64,000 bases of DNA from positions 62,001 to 126,000 of the forward strand of contig JAAILG010000028.1 in NCBI GenBank assembly GCA_012026655.1, written 5' to 3'. This DNA comes from Hydrolagus affinis. Lineage: Eukaryota. Below, in pieces: positions 11,481 to 23,640 of the stretch (position 1 is the first letter of the stretch; every line of letters begins with the position of its first letter). The notes below the pieces were generated by a model, which saw only the letters and a list, made by a program, of their open reading frames with translations, was not told the DNA's origin and ran no database searches. The position numbers and the translations under genes were made by a program.

Positions 11481-13199
11481 ATCATTGACCTGAATGAGAA
11501 ACTAGCTGTGGAAACTTCATTGTTTGTACTGGACCGACCGGTAGTTTAGTTGGTGCTGAAATTCTTCAGAGTGAAAGTTGGGCATAGAGTAATCTGGGAT
11601 TCAAAGACTTTACAAACAGTTCCTAGAGAGAGAGGGAGGACTGACAGAGTCCTGAGTCTATTATTTAACTCATGAATTGTAGCTACAAATGAGTACTTGG
11701 TGGATTTTGATCCGAGACTTAATTGAAAGTGCAGTGTTCAGGTTAATGTCTCACTGTGTGGGAGAGAGGGGACAAGGAGGAAAGAAATGGTCCTGTCAGC
11801 ATCCACAAAATAAATTTGAAGTCTCAAACTGCTGTGTCATTGCTATGAAGGAATGAGTAAAAAGATTAATATTTTTGTTCCCTTTTTTTTTAAAAGGAGA
11901 GCAGGTACGAAACAAATCCTCCTGCGTGATTTATGGAGCCCACCACCGGATTAGGGCAAGTCTTCAATTACATTTGTACAATAAAAATTGCAGCCAGATT
12001 GCAAATACTAATAGTCGCCAGTCGCGAATCAATAGTATGGAGAAAAAGACAGTTAAAGCTCTGATTGTGTTTTTATTTATCTATAGATTTCGGCATCAGC
12101 TCTGACACAAGGTTCAATAGCTATAGGCTGGATTGATTTTCTTTAGTGAGGTTCGATTTGTGCTGAAATGAGTCATCATGGCTGAACATGGCCCATGTCT
12201 TCACATAACCGATACCTATCTAGTTTTGGTCCACATATTACATCCCATTTAGTCATGAGTTCTTTGTACTCCTGAGCAGACTTGACATCACTAAGACACA
12301 TTTACCTCACAATTCCCACACCTGGTAAGGCCTTGAAGTTGATTGATATAGACTTTTTCAGCAACAGAACTAGTTACAGACGTATCCTGTTTGTTACAAG
12401 CTATATCATGTCTGACAGCTGTATGGCTTCTGGCCATCCAGCTTTTTTTCCACCCTCCCCCCCCACCCGTGTTAACAAAAAGCTGTTGTTTAAGACGTGT
12501 ACGAGATCTGTGAATGCCACATTCCTGTCTCCGAGAGGTCAAAAACACCTAAATCCAGAGTTTGACGTTGTTGCTTAAAATGGAAAAAATGCAAAATATT
12601 TTCGCTATTAATCTCCGCGGTGATTTGACCAACCACTGTCCTTTCAGCACCTCGGTGATCAATGCCCTTTGATCACTCGGAGACTGTTGTAACAGGGTTT
12701 CCGACATGTACTGACGTAAATAGGCTTTGACATTCCGCAAACAGGCTTTACCTCATGGCCCTGCAATGCGGCTCCTATCATTTAAGTGTAACTGTGATCA
12801 GTTGCCTTTTGATTAACAATGGTTGCTTTGATAAAAACGCATTCTCAGCTTTGTTACTTCACGAAAACTAGAAAGCCCACCGGGAAACTTGAGTGTATTG
12901 TGGCTCCAGCGAGACTATGGGGTTGCATTACCACACAGGCACATGAAAATAATGGTCCATTGTTAAGATTCCGCAACGGTGGGGAGGGGGGAAGAAACAA
13001 ACTAACGTGACATGTTTCTCGATCAAAATGGCTCACTTTTTAAGACAGGAATCTTAGAAGTGTGGAGAGCTAGTGGCTAAAAGCTTAACTTGAAAACACA
13101 AGGTCCAATGTGGAGCTCCCAGGCCTCTCAAGCTGCCTCAAACCTCTTTCCGTGGTGGGTCATGAATTGTCAGTGGGTTATGTACTGTCAGTGGCTCTT

Positions 13200-13385
13200 C
13201 CAGTTATCAGGTGAGTTGTCCTCCTTCCTTCCCCCATCTTCATGTCGCCACCGAAGACCTTCCTATTCGACCGTGCCTACGGTCACCTCCCCACTGGCTC
13301 TGCATCATGCTCCATTCCTGTCAAGCACTCTCGGACACTACCCTATGTGAGGGGCGCTATTTAATTCAAGATACTGTTGCTGTTA
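13200..13385 (+). mobile_element. L2 3' fragment
   Basis: CCGAAGACCTTCCTATTCGACCGTGCCTACGG (KTFLFDRAY) then tail GCACTCTCGGAC...GGGGCGCTATTTAATTCAAGATACTGTTG. Confidence 0.75.
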
Positions 13386-14450
13386 GGCCCCAAATGAGTA
13401 ACGTGCAGTTGAACGTGTATTCTATTTTCTATTATTTTGAGCTAGGCTTCTCTCCAACCCTATGCGATCTCTCTCAGTAATCAAATGGAGCTAATCTATT
13501 GGCAAGCTTGCAGTATTGACTCTTGACAAATGCAGGCTGATCCAAACTAAGCAAAAGCAATTTGATTTGGGACAAAATCATAAGATAGAGGAGACGCACA
13601 GCAGGTCAAACGGGATTTGATTGTGACCCAGGTGACTGAGGTGAACGCATTGTCTATTTTCAAACACTAGTCCCCAATAAAATCTCTTTTTATTGCAAAA
13701 AATAAGGCGGTGGGACACACACACACACACAATTTGCTTCCATTTGATTTAGTGCATTTTCTTTCCCCTTGATTTCCAAATCAGTGTGCAGCAATAGGAC
13801 TCGCTTTGCTTTCTAAGTGATGAATATTTAAACCCAGCCACAGAACAGCTCGAATCGAATTGTATATAAAATAAATGGCAGCGTGTGCTCGTGCACGCTT
13901 AGCTCTGTTAGACATTCATGTCATGTTCTGTCTGTGAAATCCCCCTCTCTTCGTGAGAGTGATGTGCAGTTCCCATCTGTAAGGGATCGAACTTTTACAC
14001 AGAGGTATCCATAATTCATAACGCGACCATTTACTTTCGAAACCTGACATCTCTCGTGGAAAATAAAACACTCTGTATCATTTGTTTCACTTTGAATTCA
14101 TCAGTGAGACAGTGCTCCAAGACATTATCCTATGCTACATAAATGCAAGTTGCTGTTTTTGTTGAGATACCTAATCTAGTAGATAGCACCAGCACACCTG
14201 AAAGGTAGTATAAAGCTACCTGCGCATGGACTTACCTAAGCGCCATGGCGGCCGAAATAGCCCTTTGGATGTTGGAAGTGCTGCCAACTGCAAACCTACT
14301 GAGTGATCTTTCTGATAGTCTAAGGGCAAACGTCTCTGGTAAGTAGATTAGTGAGGAAAGCTTATAAATACTTTAGAAGAGAAAGTTGATCAGGATCATT
14401 TCCTGGCAGCGAGTGCGGCTGGTTCCATTGCTGAGTCAATTCATTTATTC

Positions 14451-14560
14451 TAATATAATCCTTGCATTTTTGATGCAGCGCTTTTCACGTCTTCTAGACA
14501 TCTAAAAGCGCATCACATAATGTACTGTAAAATGAATTGACTGTATATTTGTGGGCAAAG
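14451..14560 (-). mobile_element. Dominant SINE 3' fragment
   Basis: ATAATCCTTGCATTT..GCAGCGCTTTTCACGTCTTCTAGACATC...GAATTGACTGTATATTTGTGGGC. Confidence 0.88.
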
Positions 14561-15991
14561 CACTCACAAAAACTGTATTAAAGTACTAACATAGTAATAA
14601 AGTACTAATATATTACTTTATTCTATTACTGAGCTAATTAATTTTGCCAGCCACAGATGGGTCATCCTTAAACTTTGCGTCTATTGTTTCTTGTTTGTTT
14701 TATAGGACACAAACCTAACTGGTGAGATCTCAATGATTAAAAGGTGAAAATTTATGGGAATGACTGATGCTCAAAACTACTTCTGGTCAAAAGACTGCAA
14801 CTGAAGATAATGATCATAAAATGATATATTTTTTGCCCTAATGAGGATTAAGAAGAGGAAGATTCCATGCTTGTTGTGTTGAAGAGGAGTCACTGAAATA
14901 TAGCTAAAACACTACCGTGGCGAAAAGTCACACCTCTAACTTGGTCACACGGCTTATTCAATCTTGGAGAATAAATCAATCAATTTCCCCCACCTTACCC
15001 CATCTTGGTGACATGCTCTGCCACTCTCAAGCGCTCTGGGACACCACTCTATATGACGGGTGCTATATAAGCAAAACATTGTTGTTGTTCTTGTTGGGAT
15101 AATTCCATCAGTTCGCTCATCAGACCAGAGAGCACATCAGTTTCCAATGGTTGAGCAGGTGGTTTCAAACGTTCGAAGAAAAAATAAACAGAGTCTGGCA
15201 TATGCTGACACAACAAGCAGCAAGTATGTGTGAAATACTGGGCAAAAATTCTGCCAGTTAACCAGCTCCAATTTGTTACTTCTCTCCCAGGTCTCCTCAA
15301 ATTAAAATTGCTCATGTACACACAGACACATACAAAATCCAATTGCAAAGACGACAGGAAAATAGTTTGTCTGCAAGCCTTTTAAAAGCTCCACATGTTC
15401 ATTTCAATGACATCCGAGTCCATTTTAATACAAGTCTATATGTAAATGCCAGATAAACGCGAGGTGGAAGAAGATTGTATGGAATGGCTGGATGACATCC
15501 ACTTCTACACAAGTCAAATGATTTTCAAGCTTGAAAAGTCGGATTGCGGAACCCAGTTCTAAATATAACAAGATCAATTTCCGCGCTCCCAGCTGATCTC
15601 TGATGGCAGCCGTATAAAAATAAACCCATGTTGCTAATATCCCAAACCTGTTAAATGACTGTCAAACACTGTCAATCATTCAACAGTCAGGGAATTTTAT
15701 TTTCTTAAAAAGAAACATAATTCCTACTTTGTGCAACCATCACTAATATATTATTTGCTTCTACCCATTTACGCTGACCCCTGAATGTGTGCAAATGTTT
15801 ACTTGTTGCAGGCATTCGTCGGATTTCAGAGCAGCATTTTTATTTCCTGAAGGATTCTGTCGCGTATTAATATTGAAGTTGCTCACATCACATCTTGGCG
15901 TCAACGCGCGGTTTAGTGAAAGTTTAGAAAGATCTTGGTTTCCGAGCTGGTTCCCATTTCTACAATTGGCAATGAAGCCAATTCCGATTCC

Positions 15992-16070
15992 AATAATAAT
16001 AATAATCCTTGCATTTGATATAGCGCTTTCCACATCTTCTAAACGTCTCAAAGCGCTTCACAGAATATAC
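15992..16070 (-). mobile_element. Dominant SINE 3' fragment
   Basis: (AAT)nCCTTGCATTTGATATAGCGCTTTCCACATCTTCTAAACGTCTCAAAGCGCTTCACAGAATATAC. Confidence 0.9.
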
Positions 16071-16181
16071 AAGTTGCACTTACACAGTGCCCTCCACGCC
16101 GGATGGTGGCCGGATTTCAGAGAGAAATACTTGATACACAATGTTTCATGTCAGGAGGATGCCTCCAAGTACTTGTATACT

Positions 16182-16296
16182 TGCCCACAAAATATACATT
16201 TGACTCACTTTACGTTATATTCTGTGAAGCACTTTGAAATATCTCAAAGACGTAATGATGCACTACATCCAATGCAAGGATTATTATTATTATTAC
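16182..16296 (+). mobile_element. Dominant SINE 3' fragment
   Basis: GCCCACAAAATATAC...TTCTGTGAAGCACTTTGA...AATGCAAGG(ATT)n. Confidence 0.85.
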
Positions 16297-17102
16297 TTCA
16301 CAGTGTATACTACGAAGTGTAGGGAGTGTGCATTTGTTACAGTAATAATCCTTGGCAAACCATGGAGCATCAGGAAGCTTTAAATGAGCTCAATGTTCCT
16401 TGTGCCAGAGTAAAACACCGTTTATTCCAACTGCCAGTTAGATAAGCAAATGCTCACATGTATTTTTAGAATGTGTCAGCATAGTACCTCATTAAGAACT
16501 CACATCAGTCCTACTTTTGATGCATTGAATGCAAGCGTTAGCACACCTTCACGCCTCCTTCTCCCAACCAAACCGAACGCTCATCTCCCTCAATCAATGG
16601 TGTTAATGGATGACTGATGGGGTTGGATTATGGGATGAGAGAAAGCACAGTTACCTGTGAGAACACAAATTGTTGTGCAGCTGAAAGAAGATTGACCATG
16701 AGCGGAAAGGTTTGCTTTGCTTGAAATAACGTGGCATTGAAATTAATGGGGGAGAAAGCTGTACAGATCATATTTTCTCTAGAGTAGACAGACTCTTTAC
16801 AGAATCGCACTTGATGGGGAGTTCCTTCTATCACTATTTGTTTGGGAAGAATTAATCTGACACCAGATTATTTTTTAATGAGTATCCGGGACGTAAAACA
16901 TGTTCATTTCCTCCCAGTACCTTGACGTGATTGGTAATGGGATGTGTAATTGCATATTATGTGAGAGGTGGAGGCAGTTGAGATTTAAATGTCACTCTGC
17001 ATCTATGCTGTTTGCATTTATCATAATTGCTCATCAGAATTGCGTCTCCACTCCATCCGGCAGCGCCGAGATCATAGAGCTTTGTTTAAAGAAGGTTTGA
17101 AG

Positions 17103-17405
17103 TCATAGAACCATAGCAATTTATACGGCAAAAGGAGGTGATATGGTCCATTGTGGTTAAGCTTTCTCTCCGAAACAGCCCTGTTTAGACTCATGCCTTT
17201 CTCCCTTTGTTAGCTCAGATTTTCTACTTTACCTTTTCAGGTATTTATTTAAATTCCCTCTTTAAAAAACAATATGGATTTTGACTCAATCACAGTTCCA
17301 GGTAGTGTGTTCTACCTCCTAGCATGTCTCTGTGCAAAAAAAAATAATCTTTCACACTTTTGGAATTCATTTAAATCTATGCCCTCAAGTCCCAGCCTCG
17401 CCAAC
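17103..17405 (-). mobile_element. Degraded CR1 3' fragment
   Basis: CATAGAACCATAG...GGAGG...GACTCAATCACAGTTCCAGGTAGTGTGTTC...TTAAATCTATGCCCTC, the antisense CR1 3' pattern (RGH.FK...RVV..WN.LP remnant). Confidence 0.6.
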
Positions 17406-19509
17406 CATCAGTAAATTAATAAGAATAACAATTCTTGCAGTTGATAAAGCGGCTTACCACATCTTCGAGACGTCTCAAAGCTGAATACACTCGAAAGTGA
17501 ATTGACTGTATATTTTGGGGGCAAAACTTTGAAGTCTCAGTAACTATAGCTTCTGTTAATAACTAACAATAAGTGAAACAAACAGAATAATCATTACATT
17601 TGGTACAGCACCTATCACATCAGGAGGACATCTATCATGCGTAATCCTTTGCATAATGTTATCAAGCTTTCAACAACTGCTCTGTCAAATTCAATCACGT
17701 AAAGAACACACTTGTAGCCATGCACTTGAAACAGTGCAAAGACGTTTACGAAGAAAGATTAAGAATTTTAGTGTGAGGCTTGTTGAGGGGGCATTGTGAT
17801 AAGTGCGAGGCTTTATGAATAGGGTTGAACTTTTGCTGTCATGGTTATTCTAAAGAAATATTTAATATCAGTGCCTGTCGGTCCACTGTGAATTCTTCAT
17901 TGTGTAGCTGAACTGCGTTGACTGAGATCAATTCATTCTGATGAATGTGTCAGTACTATATTTCACTGACAACTGTGCCATGCACATATATACAATAAAC
18001 ATAATAGCAATGTTATAATGTGCACAGAGTTAAATGATTTGAGTTAAATCTCACATCGTATGAATTGCAAGTGATTTGAGTCCTCAAAGAATTAAATCCC
18101 AAATCTCTCTACCCCAACCCTTTCCCCCCGCTCCGAGTCACCAACCACCACCATCATACACATTATCCATTGCCTTATAACTCTTCGATCAATTGACTGA
18201 CAGAATGAGCATAAAAGGACACTGTGCTGTTTACAAAGATCAGAGTACGTTGTTTAATGTGCCAGCCTAGGAGGATTCCACACTGCCCATGCGTCACGAA
18301 TGGGAATCTTGAAAAATGTTTGTGCGTCATTAAAGTTTTCCATCTGCCTCTCAGGCGAAAACCCCAAGGATGTGCAGAATGCTTTGGAATTGCAGACTGA
18401 CGCAGGCTGAGTGAGACCAAGCTATTCCTGCAAAGGTCTGTTACAGCATCGAGAATCACATGCGCCCGCCCAGCAGCACAAAGTGATTCAGATGTCAGCC
18501 CTCGACTGTCACTGTTCCCCTTTAGCACACAGAAACCTGGCTCGCATAATTCTCAGCTAATGGTTAATAGACCTGTTGTTGCCCCCATTAATGTTGCTAC
18601 AGGTGATTTACTCCATACTGTGCTGGCAGTCTGTGTTTTTTTTCCATTTGGCTCAGGCTTGCATTGGTAATTTACTGCGAAACAGTGAATTTTTGGGGGA
18701 AATTGTAGATTTCCCAGCTAATTTCCGCCCACACTGCAGATCCGATCAAATAATCCAGCAAAGCAGCACTTAATAAATCCATAGTTTTAAAATGATATTG
18801 TGCAGGCCTATGAGCGCTCTGTAAAAAAAAAAAAATCACTCTATTGGTTTGAAACTATGCTTTCGTTTTAACTCTTACTAATTGTTTTGAGACCCGATGG
18901 TTGCATACTATTTTTCCTCTAAGTTCTCTTCCAATATTCTTCTGCCATCTCACCCCACCTGGAGGTGAAGGCAGAGATGAACTTTCCTCTGTTCAATCTC
19001 TATTGACCATCACGACCTGTGTATCATCGACACACAAATGCAGTTGTGGACTGGAACCGTTCACCGTCCTTTTGCTCTCCTCACCAATTTCTCACACTGC
19101 CCAGAGTGCTTCAACACAGGAACGGGAGTAGGCCATTCGGACCCTCGAGCCTGTTCTGCCATTGCCACAAATCATGGCTGATGTGTACCACAACTCCAAT
19201 CACCCACATCAACAACAACAACAAAATTACATTTATAGATTGCTTTTCACGTCGGGAGGACGTCTCAAGGTGCTGAACAGTCAGGACGGCACCCGAGCAA
19301 GGGAGAGGGGCCGGATAGAGTCTTTGTGACTTGGAGGAGCAAACACCATCACAATAGAATGGGCTGAATGGCCACCAAGTGTATCATCCTCATTCAGAGG
19401 CGAGATGGGGGAAGCGTATTGCGTGAGAAATGAAAGGAGGAGAAAGAACATTTAGCTTTGTCTGCTGCTCCTACCATTCACCATTTCAGCATTAAGCAGT
19501 TTCTTAAAT

Positions 19510-19890
19510 CAATTTACCTGTCGGTTAACTTGTTGCAGTTGTTAACTACCCTCTGAGTAAATAAATACTTCCTGGTGTCTGTTTTGAAATTGTCCTTCGC
19601 AACACAAACCCTATGTTCACTTCTTCTACTGTCCTGGTGCACCCAAAAGTATTGATCTGGTTTTATTTTCAAAATCCATAAAATAATGTGTAATACAGCT
19701 GTATAAATTCCCCTCTGAGACATCTTCTCTCAAGACCGACGAGCCCTAGTTCGTTTAATCGTTGTTCATAGGTTATTCTTCTAACATTGGGAATGCGCTC
19801 TTTTCGCCCACTTGAGGTGACTGGGACTGGTAATAGCAAACTGTGCAGAGAAGCTTTACGTGCAGACCACACCGCAAAATGCGTCAAAGC
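19510..19890 (-). mobile_element. CR1 LINE ORF2 C-terminal fragment (pseudogenised)
   Basis: Two overlapping minus ORFs read RIPNVRRITYEQRLNELGLVGLERRCLRGEFI and FKTDTRKYLFTQRVVNNCNKL, matching the CR1 motifs YEERL..LGL.SLE.RRLRGD.I and D.RK.FF.QRVV..WN.L. Confidence 0.88.
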
Positions 19891-20915
19891 AGTTCAGCAT
19901 TACACGTTAAAAATAACTGCTGGTAATTTGAGATGGGCTGATTAGCAAGCACATGTGGACGGACATTGCTGGACTCAAACGCCTCAGCAGCTTTCACTGA
20001 ACTGTAATCATAAATATTAAGAATAGAGCAATCACTGCATACTTTGCAAAATATTAACCGAAGAGGATCAGTTTCTGCTTGCCAGAGTTCACAGGGTGCA
20101 GATGTTCTTGCAAATTACCTTTTCACTGTCTTATTTTACAGGCTAGGCTACATCCTGGGCCAATATCCCATACATTCCTTCACAACCATTACCTTGTGTT
20201 TCGCAATAATACGGCTTATTCCGCTAACAAATGGATGATCTTCATATTCCTACCTGTAATTTTTTTTGTTGCTGCTGTTTAATCCTTTACGCTGGTGGCC
20301 ACAAAAGCTCTCTATAGGGTTGGAGGCCACTTGGTTTGGGGATTGCTCGAATTCGAATGTAATGGGAACTCAAGCACGGTACAAGGAGATATCTTGTATG
20401 GACTTCTTTCGCTGTTTGCAAACTGAAGCTGCGATATCAGTTTGGAATAAGAAGGCTCTGAAACCAATTAGATCTCATCCTTCTTGAATACCTATCCTCC
20501 CATCCTCTATTCATTGCATTTGCATCAAATTGTTTCTTAATTGAGTCCAGCACCCTGACCTCAACCACCTTTCCCTGTTACCCAACCATACGATAACTCC
20601 CAACATATATGGGTATGTAAAGTACATCTGTGTTGGTTGAGACTGGAGTCTATTTCAGGTTTGCCCACGTGCTTAATAGGAAGAGGTTGATTGGAAGCAA
20701 GGTGGGAACTCCATCATGCTTGTTAGGACTGAGGTCAACTGAACATCAATAAGTAAAAACCCTGTGTTTATTGCAGAAGCGAAATAACACAGAAATAAAA
20801 CGAAATGCAAGATATGAAACCCCACCAAAAAATCATGAAGAATCGAACACAAGAAGAAATCCAAAAAGGAGTGGGTTTTGTGCAAAGGTTAATTATAAAG
20901 ACAATAAATACTTAC

Positions 20916-21068
20916 AAAGGTCGTTGCCTATGATTCTAGCTGTTACCACGGATGTGGCGTGGAAAGAAATGGAAGTGTCTCAAAGTGGGCTTGCACCTGA
21001 GCAAATGTGTGGAAGGCCATAGGTTTTGTCTCCACGGTTTAAAATGCCCAAACTATCTTGTCCAACAG
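20916..21068 (-). other. Candidate non-coding exon (153 nt)
   Basis: Minus-strand acceptor CTCTTGTATGTTCTCTGTAG and donor GTAAGT; stop codons in all three frames. Confidence 0.3.
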
Positions 21069-21792
21069 CTACAGAGAACATACAAGAGCGAGCAATCCGG
21101 CAGCTGAAAGTGGCCATTCAAAAGTCACTTGATAAGATGGGCAAACACATGTCCGCAAAACACAGCAATTAAATACCTGATTTTGCTTCGCCTGCTGATT
21201 AATACATTGGTGATAGCCACATGACCACCAGTGGCTAGAAATCTGTTAAAGGAATCCATTCGAAACAGTGCCACTGTTAAAAGATGTGGAAATGAATTTG
21301 TGTTTTGGTACATGACAGTGTGAAAGACGCACTTAAGAATTATTTGGACGTGTTTGTAGATATTATTGACATGCTGTATGAGCTCAGGTGTCCGGAATGC
21401 CAAATTATCTAATAATGCCATTTTGTGTCTCATGTACTCTGTGGTTAATCTAGACTGTGAACGTTTGTTTTTCTTGGTATACATTGATTGTAAGCGCAAG
21501 ACGACAAACTATGGGAAAAAAAGAAAATGTAGAGTACTGTGGTATGCTTGCTTTTAATTCCTAAAAACTTTCTATGCCATGGAATAATGCTTAATAAAAT
21601 AATGTAATTTAGATAAACAATTTAAAAAAAATTATATACTGTCATTTGAGGCATGTTGTTTATATCATTGCAATAAAAAGAAATAAAACATTTTAGTGGA
21701 TAAAACAAAACCCACTATGAATTCCAAAAGAGGTACAATAAAATAAAAATAAGATAATTAACAAGAATCTTTTCTTCAACTGGGAGGAACAT

Positions 21793-21965
21793 TATAATAA
21801 TCCTTGCATTTGAAATGGTTCCTCATCACATCTTTGAGACATCTCAAAGCGTTTTACAGACTACGCTGTAAAGTGTGTTTGACTGTGTGTTTTGTGGGCC
21901 AAACGCAGCAGCCAATTGTGCACAGCAGTGTCCCACAAACAGTCAACGATTGAAGTAGCCAAATT
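21793..21965 (-). mobile_element. Dominant SINE, 5'-truncated
   Basis: Antisense tail plus GCAGCCAATTGTGCACAGCAGTGTCCCACAAACAG. Confidence 0.9.
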
Positions 21966-22065
21966 TTTTTATTATTATAACCATGAGGTGTAATGTCTCT
22001 GTCGTGAAGCAATGTGCGGTCGCCATTTGCACCAGACAAACCAAAAAGAAAGAATCCAAATAAAA

Positions 22066-22182
22066 TAATAGTAATAATAATCCTTACATTTGATATAGCG
22101 CTTTTCATGTCTTCCATATGTCTCAAAGCGCTTCACAGAAAATACTGTAAAGGGAATTGACTATATATTTGTGGGTGAAATG
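22066..22182 (-). mobile_element. Dominant SINE 3' fragment
   Basis: AATAATAATCCTTACATTTGATATAGCGCTTTTCATG...TCTCAAAGCGCTTCACAG. Confidence 0.88.
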
Positions 22183-22934
22183 CCAGCCTCTGGGGAAAAC
22201 ATGATGGAAACTTTCCAGGGAAACAATAAGAGTGTGAAACTGTGAAGCGTTGATCTCAGAGTCTGTGACCACTGCTGTCCCTATAACCCTCAACTAAAAA
22301 TGTCTTCAGAAAACGTCCAAGCACATTTCCTACAGAACATTATGTCCCGTCAAACTGGGTAAGGATCAGTAAACAGATGGCTTAACCAGTCCTGCAATGC
22401 TTTTATTCCCCCCTAAAGCTGTTGCAACATAGAACACAAATTTCGAACTCGTCGTGCTTTGAGACAAAGCACTAATGCAACACAATAGAATATTTCAAAT
22501 ACACCATGAGAATTTAGCTGAGATCCCCCTTGGGAAATCGTGAGATTCTTTGGAAACCTGAACAGGAACACCATTTAAGTCCCGCAGGAATATTCAAAGA
22601 GAACCTGCAAAGGGAAGGACATGGAGATTTGCCTCATGAAATATGCGAATCCCATCATGGAAAAAAAAAGGACGACAGGAATAACTTTGCAAATTCCCCC
22701 CTTGAGAATTTCTGAAAGGCTTCTGTTTATGTTCCATTTATCTTTTTAGTTTATCTCAATCCTGATTATTTTTTGTACTTTTCGCTGTGATGAGTTCAGG
22801 TTTCTTTCGCTGAGATATGTAATTGACGTTCCATGATTTAGAGCACCTATGTCATTGAGCACAGACTTTGATATGTGGGGTGTGGAGGGGGTAAGTGAGA
22901 CCAAGTTAAGGATTTTTTAAGAAGCGGCATTGCA

Positions 22935-23060
22935 ACATAGAATCCTAGAATTTTTCAGCCACAAAAGGAGGCCATTTGGCCCATCGAGTCTGTGCTGGCT
23001 CTTTGAAAAGAGCTACTCAAAGTCAATCCCACTCCCCGGCTCTCTCCCCATAACCTCGCA
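22935..23060 (-). mobile_element. CR1 3' tail fragment
   Basis: CATAGAATCCTAGAATTTTTCAGCCACAAAAGGAGGCCATTTGGCCCATCGAGTCTGTGCTGGCTCTTTGAAAAGAGC; antisense of 26725-26852. Confidence 0.8.
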
Positions 23061-23204
23061 AACCCGTCCACCCCACGATATCCCACAAACAACAACAACA
23101 ACTTTGATTTATATAACACCCTCCACGCCGGACGGCGTCTCAGAGCGCACAAAGATCCAAAGCCATGCAATTAGCAAACTCATGACAACCAGAGCTGTTT
23201 TACA

Positions 23205-23640
23205 TTTTAGCTCTCTCGCCTGCGAGTCAGAAGATTGTGGGTTCAAGCCCCACATTGGAACTCATACGTTCTCAGCGCTTAACACTCCAGTGCAGTGCTG
23301 CATGAGACATCCTTCCGATGGAACGTCAGACGGAAGTTCCGTCTGGCTGTTCAGGTAAACCTGAAAGATGCCATGACGCATCTCTTTAAGTTTTCCTCTG
23401 GCGTCATGGACAACAATCCTCCAAATAAAAACGGTCATTCACTTCATGGCTGTTTGTGGGACATTGCTGTGCGCAAATTGGTTGCTGCGTTCACAACAAC
23501 AACAACAACATTACATTTGTGGAGCCCCTTTCATTTCGGGAGGACTTTCCAAGGCGTTGAAAAATACCTAGTCACTCAAATGCTTTGAGATGTCCTCCCT
23601 ACATGAAAGGTGTTACATCGTATGTGCCTTACTATTATAG
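23205..23640 (+). mobile_element. SacSINE1-like Deu SINE, near full length, with internal antisense L2 stub
   Basis: CTCGCCTGCGAGTCAGAAGATTGTGGGTTCAAGCCCCAC...ACACTCCAGTGCAGT...TCAGGTAAAC..AAAGATGCCATG...GCTGTTTGTGGGACATTGCTGTGCGCAAATTGGTTGCTGCGTT...TGCTTTGAGATGTCCT. Confidence 0.85.

Noticed and set aside
15789-16322. Longest ORF (177 aa)
   Set aside because: It reads through two SINE fragments and an (AAT)n tail (poly-Ile), has a non-ATG start and shows no recognisable domain.
21590-21750. Five AATAAA hexamers as a plus-strand poly(A) site
   Set aside because: Very A-rich context, no clear GU-rich downstream element and no linked upstream exon; cannot be supported.
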